IMG/VR virus record: IMGVR_UViG_3300049597_000059
Length of the DNA: 64,000 bases
From: a virus
Taxonomy: Duplodnaviria; Heunggongvirae; Uroviricota; Caudoviricetes
Direction: 5' to 3' (one strand)
Both the position numbers and the translations under genes were made by a program. This document shows, in pieces, positions 59,601-64,000 of the stretch (its first letter is position 1; each line of letters starts with the position of its first letter). Under the pieces are notes generated by a model. That model saw only the letters and a list, made by a program, of their open reading frames with translations, had not been told where the DNA came from and made no database searches.

Positions 59601-60353
59601 TCGGGTGCATATTCAGTTGTAGTTGGTGGTAATTCTAACACTGCATCAAGCTATCGTTCTTTTGTTGGAAATGGTGATAATAACGTAGTGAGTTCTAATA
59701 GAGGTTTTATAGGTGCAGGGTATACTAATTCAGTATCAGGTAACTATTCAGCCGTTGTGGCAGGATACAATAACTGTGTTACAGTGTGTCACATGGGATT
59801 CATTGGTGCAGGAAGATTGAATACAGTTTCTTCTTCTTATAGAGGAGGTATTGTTAGTGGTGGTTGTAATACTGTTAGTGGTTCTCATGCATTTGTTGGT
59901 GCAGGTCAAGGCAATACTGCTTCAGGAAGTCACTCTGCAGTATTAAGTGGAATATCTAATACTATTTCAGGAAATTATTCAGGTGGTGGTGGATGTGGAA
60001 TATCAGGAACTTGTATAAATACATTCTATTGGAATAACTTCTGTGCAACGTCTTGTATGTGGGCTACAGCTTACTTTGAATCTTCTGATGAAAGATTGAA
60101 GGACATTCATTGTAGAGTGGGTTCTTTTGATAACATCAACCCTATCTATTTCAATTGGAAAGAAGGAGATGCAAGTGTTATTAACATAGGATATTCTGCT
60201 CAGAATGTTAAAGAAATTCTTCCAGATACAATCAGAACAGATGAGAAGGGTTATTACAACGTAGACTATCATCAAGTTCACATATACAAAATGATGAAGA
60301 TGGAAGAAAGACTTGCCAAATTAGAGGAAAGACTTAAAAAATATGAATCATGA
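53688..60353 (+). CDS. tail fibre (2221 aa) with collagen-like regions, YadA-like beta-roll repeats and C-terminal S74 intramolecular chaperone domain
   Basis: N-terminal Cys anchor motif; phage tail-fibre repeats (ITVDGKGRITNV / AVNGKGLVTSA); two Gly-X-Y blocks; many NTASGxxSxVxGG repeats; C-terminal SSDERLKDIH… (Ser-Lys autoproteolytic chaperone signature). Confidence 0.65.
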   Translation: MDITCSAEPCPIILNSTCVFYEGNTLVYTGINTNDNLQTALQKIDQKFQDAGLGYIFTNGIEQLTPGGAVMLGGALIQNTTIGGLYNLAFAGTLEASALITTGGTSSDFVKGDGSLDPTSYQPAGNYISNLTGDVTANGPGSVTATLATVFGAPGTYGNSGSVPRITVDGKGRITNVTPVAINYPAQSLSFTGDVSGSGFTGSPVTLTLDTVNSNVYGSNTFLKFAVNGKGLVTSAAPVTQGDIVSALGYVPVPTSRTLSINGVTYDLSANRNWSVGTVTSVQLAMPQAFQITTPPVTSSGTINVIATGSIAQYIRGDGTLGNFTATAGTSGTAGTSGTSGTSGTTGTSGSSGTSATSGSSGSSGIDGTSGTSGTTGTSGSSGTSGSSGTAGTTGTSGTAGTSGSSGTTGTSGSSGTSGSSGTAGTTGTSGTSGTDGTGGTSGTSGTSGSSGTTGTSGTTGTSGSSGTDGSGGTSGTSGTSGTSGTSGTSATDGTGGTSGTSGTTGSSGSSGTTGTSGSSGTSGSAGTSGTTGTSGTSGTSGSSGTSATDGTGGTSGTSGTSGTSGTTGTSGTTGTSGSSGSSGSSGSSGTTGTSGTSGTAGTSGINGVSGGLIYYLNQSLNTSSAFGSPTYKQWSPIGTGTGEQTITTSIAGSTRTLFATYATDSNVPGITSIPSGLWAWVTHFSINANVSVKVDIELYKCNSTGGSVVFLGTTNLDTESMSSGVIKEFFTDLFLPQTAMLSTDRLYCQIYVEHTGAGSQSITFYTEGTSNYSYAQTTFTPPSGTSGSSGTSGVGGTSGTSGTSGTDGTSGTSGVSGSSGTTGTSGTTGTSGSSGTAGTSGTDGTGGTSGTSGTTGSSGSSGTTGTSGTSGTSATSGTSGTTGTSGSSGSAGSSGTSGTNGTGGTSGTSGTTGTSGSSGSSGINGTSGSSGTTGSSGTSGINGSNGTSGTAGSSGTSGTSGTNGTGGTSGTTGTSGSSGTSATSGTSGTTGTSGTTGSSGSSGTTGTSGSSGTSGTSGTSGTSGTSGSSGSSGRDIGSSAVIILGAGTCSSVRCGVLNAASGSCSSVVGGKNNAGLGVSSFIGAGIFNTACDYSLVGAGSSNTASGYISTIGGGFSNTASGSISFIGAGNVNTASGCTSAVVGGQSNISSGAFSFVGGGCGNCGNNSYSTSIGGQANVAVANFATTLGGYNNSASGYNSIVGGRSNTSSGNYSGIFSGKQNSSSGIYSAVLGGRLNTASANCSTIGGGQQNVASGAWSFIGGGNCNTANNNRSIVVGGLLNTSSGLYSTVGGGSYNTASGRYALVGGGSSNTSSAYGSTVSGGYKNCVINTNATIGGGLCNFICNATTVISSAGATIAGGVGNNTSGGTWNGCRFNNPPTAFYAAGCLSFIGGGYQNRATATYSTVVGGYLGISTGCFSFIGSGYNNTASGNYSAVVGGDSNTANGGNAFVGSGLGNVASGSRSVVSGGQSNTASGGFSLIAGGRQNTSSGTYSLVTGGYLNCSSSTWSTAGGGKQNTASGYISTVAGGWQNTANADSSSVLGGGKNGATGAYSTISGGYLNSSGGAFSAALGGLQNSASGVRSFVGGGQANTASGCFATVAGGCGSVASGYSSVSAGFGSNASGGYSGALSGSFNTASGSESVVSGGASNTASAYTSFVGGGGSNISCGIASVIAGGKSNTASGGCSTVAGGCGNTATCRFAFVGGGRLNSASGAYDATIGGGYFNIASGTYASTVSGGYNNCSTSHMSTVGGGRFNTASGYCSTVSGGHSNCATVEGAAVAGGSTNSATSNHSFVGGGLQNTANAIRATVAGGRCNTASGNCSFIGGGDINTASGAHSTISGGLTNTASGYRSFLGGGQSNTANNDWAALGGGRANCANGAYSGTFSGRYNTSPGAYAFTGGGYNSTSSGNFSTVAGGRDHTASGYRSFIGSGNSNTSSGDSSAIVGGQLNTSSGRCSFIGGGNSNTASGAYSVVVGGNSNTASSYRSFVGNGDNNVVSSNRGFIGAGYTNSVSGNYSAVVAGYNNCVTVCHMGFIGAGRLNTVSSSYRGGIVSGGCNTVSGSHAFVGAGQGNTASGSHSAVLSGISNTISGNYSGGGGCGISGTCINTFYWNNFCATSCMWATAYFESSDERLKDIHCRVGSFDNINPIYFNWKEGDASVINIGYSAQNVKEILPDTIRTDEKGYYNVDYHQVHIYKMMKMEERLAKLEERLKKYES
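54664..55524 (+). repeat. Collagen-like (G-T/S-S/T)n coding repeat block 1 (about 287 aa)
   Basis: Strict Gly every third codon (GGN-ACN-AGY); generates spurious long antisense ORFs. Confidence 0.8.
56043..56795 (+). repeat. Collagen-like Gly-X-Y coding repeat block 2 (about 250 aa)
   Basis: Same triplet periodicity as block 1. Confidence 0.8.
56830..59990 (+). repeat. About 13-14-aa degenerate coding repeats (NTASGxxSxVxGGxx), YadA-head-like
   Basis: Dozens of tandem copies visible in the translation; typical of left-handed parallel beta-roll fibres. Confidence 0.6.
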
Positions 60354-60829
60354 GTTGGGCAGGTATAGCAAGTAATCAATGTATATCTTTTAACAACCTA
60401 CAGGATGCTGTAACCACAGGGGTGTTTGCATTAAAAAATAGCATACCTGCAAGCACAGAGCAGATTACAAAAGCTGATGCTGATTATTATGTATATATTG
60501 ATACTACTTATGGTCCTTATGCATCAAAAGCTTCTAACCAATTAGTTGTAAAATCAAACTTACAGCCAGCCACTACAACTACCACTACAACATCAATTGT
60601 TTGTCAGCAAATTTTCCTATATCCTAATAATGTAAACCCATGTGACCATTTCAATACTTTAACATTGTTTGATACAGACAGTGCTTTATTCCCTACTAAA
60701 CTTTACGTATTAGGTGGTTGTGGAACAACTCCTGTAGCAGGTGGAAACTTATGGTATTCTCAGGGACCAGGGTCTGACAGTTATCAAGTGGACAACAGTG
60801 GTAATATTATTAGTATATTCCCTTGTTAA
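60350..60829 (+). CDS. small poly-Thr-linked two-domain protein
   Basis: 159 aa; C-domain (LFDTDSALFPTKLYVLGGCGTTPVAGGNLWY…VDNSGNIISIFPC) paralogous to the 15701 C-domain. Confidence 0.4.
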   Translation: MSWAGIASNQCISFNNLQDAVTTGVFALKNSIPASTEQITKADADYYVYIDTTYGPYASKASNQLVVKSNLQPATTTTTTTSIVCQQIFLYPNNVNPCDHFNTLTLFDTDSALFPTKLYVLGGCGTTPVAGGNLWYSQGPGSDSYQVDNSGNIISIFPC

Positions 60830-60875
60830 ATTTCAATAAAAATATTAATTTTACAAAAATAAAAAACAATAAACA

Positions 60876-61223
60876 ATGGCAAATCCATTTAACACACTTC
60901 ACATCTTTGGCTTTGGTACAGTACAAGTAATCACTGATACCCAAAACGTACAGGCAAATGTTTCTGACTTCCAAGCTCTAGTAGACGCTTGCGTAGATGA
61001 TGTATGGGCAAACAAACCAGAAGGTTACACTGGTCCTAAAGAGTACCATGCAATTAACACATTCTATGACCTTTTCTCTGATTGGCTACCAAGTCAACAA
61101 GGTGCACAAAGTTTCAGAGTACAGTATGCAGACTTAGATACTACAGCTTTTGTAGATCTTGCTGAGGCTGTTTTGGCTGGTCCTACAACCACCACAACTA
61201 CTACTACAGCTGTTGAAGAATAA
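60876..61223 (+). CDS. small protein with C-terminal poly-Thr tail
   Basis: 115 aa ending GPTTTTTTTTAVEE. Confidence 0.4.
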   Translation: MANPFNTLHIFGFGTVQVITDTQNVQANVSDFQALVDACVDDVWANKPEGYTGPKEYHAINTFYDLFSDWLPSQQGAQSFRVQYADLDTTAFVDLAEAVLAGPTTTTTTTTAVEE

Positions 61224-61233
61224 TATTAAATAA

Positions 61234-61265
61234 TTTGGTTTTATTATAAGCAATGTATACCTTTG
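61234..61265 (+). promoter_or_regulatory. Putative Bacteroidota-type promoter (TTTG 61234-61237; TACCTTTG 61258-61265)
   Basis: Exact TAnnTTTG 16 nt before ATG 61282; TTTG 20 nt upstream; same 8-mer as the promoter at 137. Confidence 0.45.
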
Positions 61266-61281
61266 CTTGTAAAGCTAAATT

Positions 61282-62157
61282 ATGAATATCATTTTCCAAA
61301 TCAATGGTGGTATAGGTAAGTGTATACTTGCTACATCTGTTTGTGAAGCAATTCACAAACAATATCCTGATAGTCAATTAATTGTAATGAGCGGTTACCC
61401 AGAGGTGTTTATAAACAACCCCTTTGTGTATCGCTCATTTTCTTTTGGTATGACACAATACTTCTATGAAGATTTCATAGAGGGTAAAGAGTTTAAGGTG
61501 TTTGCACATGATCCATATGTACAGACAGAACATCTTATGCAGAATGAACATTTAAGCCATACATGGACAAGAATGTTTGGTGTTCCTACACCTGAAGATG
61601 TTACTCCTAAGCTCTATATTACAGATAGAGAACGTAAGTTCTTTGGTCAGAAGTTTACGTCTGACAGACCTATTTTATTATTACAAACAAATGGTGGTGC
61701 TCCAGGACAAGAGTTGAAATACTCATGGGCTAGAGACATTCCTAGTTATGTAGTGGAGAATGTTATACATGAATTTAAAAATGACTATAACATTGTACAC
61801 ATAAGAAGAGAAGATCAGATTGGTTATGACTTCACCACTCCTGTTACAGATAACTTCAGAGCACTTGCTGTTCTTATAGAACTTAGTAGTAAGAGATTGT
61901 TGATGGATAGCTTTGGTCATCATGCAGCTGCTGCTATGAATAAACCTTCTACAGTGTTATGGGTGTGTAATAAGCCTGAGGTGTTTGGATATGATGTACA
62001 TGATAACATTGTATGTAATCCATTCACTAAGAAGCCTGAGTTACGCAATGCATACTTGCAGAAGTTTGATATATCAGGGAACCTATTAGAGTTTCCATAT
62101 AACAATGAGAAAGAAATATTTAATGTAGATCAAATTATAGCATCTTTAAAATCTTAA
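61282..62157 (+). CDS. glycosyltransferase family 9 (heptosyltransferase-like)
   Basis: N-terminus IIFQINGGIGKCILATSVCEAIHKQYPDSQLIV resembles the GT9 N-terminus (LIIRxSSxGDVxxTxPAxxxLKxxYPxAxIDWLV); C-terminal LLMDSFGHHAAAAMNKPSTVLW matches the GT9 GNDSGPMHLAAALGTPTVALFG motif. Confidence 0.55.
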   Translation: MNIIFQINGGIGKCILATSVCEAIHKQYPDSQLIVMSGYPEVFINNPFVYRSFSFGMTQYFYEDFIEGKEFKVFAHDPYVQTEHLMQNEHLSHTWTRMFGVPTPEDVTPKLYITDRERKFFGQKFTSDRPILLLQTNGGAPGQELKYSWARDIPSYVVENVIHEFKNDYNIVHIRREDQIGYDFTTPVTDNFRALAVLIELSSKRLLMDSFGHHAAAAMNKPSTVLWVCNKPEVFGYDVHDNIVCNPFTKKPELRNAYLQKFDISGNLLEFPYNNEKEIFNVDQIIASLKS

Positions 62158-62158
62158 T

Positions 62159-62977
62159 ATGGAGAATATATTCTATCAAAGCTCTTTACCAAGAGCAGGT
62201 TCAACATTGTTACAAAACATACTAGCACAAAACCCAGACATTTATGCTACACCAACTAGTGGTGTTCTTGAATTAGTGTTTGCTGCTAGAGGAAACTATA
62301 CAGACAGCCCTGAGTTCCAAGCTCAAGATCCACAGATAATGAAAGCTGCATTCCAAGCATTCTGTAAAGAAGGAATGATTGCTTATTACAATGCTATTAC
62401 AGATAAGAAATATGTTGTAGATAAATCTCGTGGATGGGGAATACATTATGACTTCTTAAACTTCATCCACCCAGAGCCAAAGATTATATGCATGGTGAGA
62501 GACCTACGTGATGTCTTTGCTTCTATGGAGAACAACTATAGAAAGAATCCTGATAAGGCTAACGCTATTCTTAATTGGGCACAGATGCAAGGAACAACAG
62601 TTCCTAAACGTATAGATATCTGGGCACAGAGTCAACCTGTTGGACTAGCTATAGAAAGATTACAAGAGATGTTTAGGCTAGGAATAGACAAACATGTATT
62701 GTTTGTTAAGTTTGAAGACTTGTGTCTATATCCAGATACAGAGATGCAAAGGATATATCAATACCTAGGCATTCCTTATTACCAACATGATTGGGATAAT
62801 ATAGAACAAGTTACTAAGGAAGATGATGAGGTTTATGGTAGCTTTGGTGACCACACTATTCGTACTAGATTAGAACCTGTTCCTTCTAGAGCTAAACAGT
62901 TATTAGGTAAGGATGTTACAGGTTGGATATGGGACAACTATCAATGGTTCTTTCAACAATTTAGATATACAAAATGA
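62159..62977 (+). CDS. sulfotransferase
   Basis: 5'-PSB loop LPRAGSTLL and 3'-PB motif MVRDLRDVFASM in the canonical order for PAPS-dependent sulfotransferases. Confidence 0.6.
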   Translation: MENIFYQSSLPRAGSTLLQNILAQNPDIYATPTSGVLELVFAARGNYTDSPEFQAQDPQIMKAAFQAFCKEGMIAYYNAITDKKYVVDKSRGWGIHYDFLNFIHPEPKIICMVRDLRDVFASMENNYRKNPDKANAILNWAQMQGTTVPKRIDIWAQSQPVGLAIERLQEMFRLGIDKHVLFVKFEDLCLYPDTEMQRIYQYLGIPYYQHDWDNIEQVTKEDDEVYGSFGDHTIRTRLEPVPSRAKQLLGKDVTGWIWDNYQWFFQQFRYTK

Positions 62978-63411
62978 TAATAGTATTATTTGGACAGCCT
63001 GCATCAGGCAAGACAACTCTTGCTAAAAAGTTTATAGCAGAGGGATTCCACCACATAGATGGTGATGAACTAAGAGATATGTTTAAGAACAAAGACTACA
63101 GCAAAGAAGGTAGGATTAAAAACTTAAACAGAGCTAGTGACATTGCTTACTATTTGAATAAAGCAAGAAACTATAACATAGTGTTATCACTAGTGTATCC
63201 TTACGAAGAAGCTAGAGAGTACCTAAGCAGTCTAACTAGAGATGTTAAATGGATCTATCTCACATATGAAGAAGATAGAGGTAGAGATCAATTTAAAGTG
63301 GCAGACTTTGAACCACCACAGAAAGATGATGTAGATTTAATTATTAATACGTCTAACACTTCTATTGAAGACAGTGTAGATAAAATCAAATATGTATGCA
63401 GAATATTCTAG
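62974..63411 (+). CDS. cysC: adenylylsulfate (APS) kinase-like P-loop kinase
   Basis: GQPASGKTT P-loop; HIDGDELR (APS kinase LDGDNxR); KNLNRASDIAYYL…IVLSLVYPY parallels CysC ENIRRVGEVA…VLTAFISPH. Confidence 0.5.
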   Translation: MIIVLFGQPASGKTTLAKKFIAEGFHHIDGDELRDMFKNKDYSKEGRIKNLNRASDIAYYLNKARNYNIVLSLVYPYEEAREYLSSLTRDVKWIYLTYEEDRGRDQFKVADFEPPQKDDVDLIINTSNTSIEDSVDKIKYVCRIF

Positions 63412-63782
63412 CAAAAGGTAATGGTAATGGAAGTGGTTATGCAATGTTCATAGGAAGATGGCAACCATGGCATCCTGGTCACAGATGGTTGATTGATCAG
63501 AAATTAAATGAAGGTAAGAATGTTCTTCTCTGTGTAAGAGATGTTACTCCTGATGAGAAGAATCCTTGGTCTGCATGGCAAGTTATGATGAATCTAACAG
63601 AAGAATTAATGGATCTTATTGAGGAAGGAAGAGTTAGACTCATGATTATACCTGATATTGAATCTGTTAATATTGGTAGGGGTATTGGTTATGATGTTGT
63701 AGAACACGTACCACCTCAAGATATACATGATATATCTGCTACAAAGATTAGAGAACAATTAAAGGCTGAAGGGAAGCTATAA
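63396..63782 (+). CDS. cytidylyltransferase-like (HxGH) nucleotidyltransferase, 128 aa
   Basis: FIGRWQPWHPGH (H-x-G-H) near the N-terminus and ISATKIREQL near the C-terminus, the two signature motifs of the NMNAT/TagD/HldC-type nucleotidyltransferase fold. Confidence 0.5.
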   Translation: MQNILAKGNGNGSGYAMFIGRWQPWHPGHRWLIDQKLNEGKNVLLCVRDVTPDEKNPWSAWQVMMNLTEELMDLIEEGRVRLMIIPDIESVNIGRGIGYDVVEHVPPQDIHDISATKIREQLKAEGKL

Positions 63783-63996
63783 CTTTATCTGCTGTGATGG
63801 TGTTATGGCATTCAAACTGTTTGTCATAACCCTTCCAGATAGGGCACCAGTTCCAGTCTCCTCTATCAAACTTGAAGTTCTTATTGTTCCAACATCCATG
63901 GCATACAGTCTCATCTGTAATTCTAATACAATTAGATTGAAACTCATGGTCTGCTTTGGTGAAATTACTAATCATCACCACTTGCTTACCCATCAT
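63748..63996 (-). CDS. hypothetical Cys/His/Trp-rich protein, minus strand, possibly 5'-truncated by window edge
   Basis: Only minus-strand ORF not embedded in a + strand gene; 3' end overlaps 63396-63782 by 35 nt; no stop seen upstream before the window end. Confidence 0.3.
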   Translation of the reverse strand: MMGKQVVMISNFTKADHEFQSNCIRITDETVCHGCWNNKNFKFDRGDWNWCPIWKGYDKQFECHNTITADKVIASLQPLIVL

Positions 63997-64000
63997 CCAA

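Noticed and set aside
54664-59990. Possible CRISPR array, given the highly repetitive DNA
   Set aside because: The repeats are 9-nt codon-level degenerate units inside a continuous ORF, with no unique fixed-length spacers.
63396-63782. HxGH nucleotidyltransferase as a minimal ATP sulfurylase completing sulfate activation
   Set aside because: Not fully rejected but downgraded. The Sat signature QTRNxxHRxH and GRD motifs are not present. The motifs fit the NMNAT/TagD/HldC subgroup better, so an NDP-sugar or ADP-heptose-type role feeding the GT9 enzyme is at least as likely.
1-64000. tRNA, rRNA, integrase/att sites, endolysin/holin
   Set aside because: Intergenic regions are few and short (under 190 nt), and none shows cloverleaf-type nested inverted repeats with a TTCGA-like T-loop. 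I saw no tyrosine/serine recombinase or lysozyme/amidase motifs in the translations. A covariance-model scan (tRNAscan/Infernal) and HMM search would be needed to exclude them formally. Lysis genes may lie outside the window.

Overview
The window is a 64 kb stretch of a large AT-rich dsDNA phage genome. Apart from one converging minus-strand ORF at the right edge, everything from 157 to 63782 is coded on the + strand with tight or overlapping gene junctions. The architecture is crAss-like podovirus. A left-hand block (157-10120) carries an HU/IHF-like protein, a likely large terminase (TerL-like Walker A/B and nuclease Asp), a portal-sized protein, an acidic scaffold-like protein and a likely major capsid protein followed by a strong hairpin. 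Next comes a receptor-binding/tail-fibre cluster (12007-16237) whose members share a Cys-rich N-terminal anchor module and poly-Thr linkers; one carries a T4 gp12-type 'tail collar' C-terminus. A calcineurin-like metallophosphoesterase (16419-17669) forms its own transcription unit with promoter and terminator. A long run of very large virion/cargo proteins follows (1590, 1121, 1097, 899, 4562 and 1647 aa). The 4562-aa protein is a giant 'polyvalent' protein with an RNA-polymerase-like DFDID metal-binding motif (as in crAss-like virion RNAPs), a C-terminal SLOG/DprA-like Rossmann domain and an HExxH motif. The 1647-aa protein carries RecB-family PD-(D/E)xK nuclease motifs. A 2221-aa tail fibre (53688-60353) has two collagen-like Gly-X-Y blocks, YadA-head-like beta-roll repeats and a C-terminal S74-type intramolecular chaperone domain. 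The right end (61282-63782) encodes what may be a new phage accessory module: a GT9 (heptosyltransferase-like) glycosyltransferase, a sulfotransferase, an APS kinase and a small HxGH nucleotidyltransferase. Four promoters fit the Bacteroidota sigma-A pattern (TTTG-N19-21-TAnnTTTG), and there are A-rich start contexts without Shine-Dalgarno motifs, which points to a Bacteroidota (possibly Flavobacteriia) host. I did not recognise any rRNA, tRNA, CRISPR array, integrase or lysis genes. All product calls rest on motifs read by eye and need HMM or structure confirmation.
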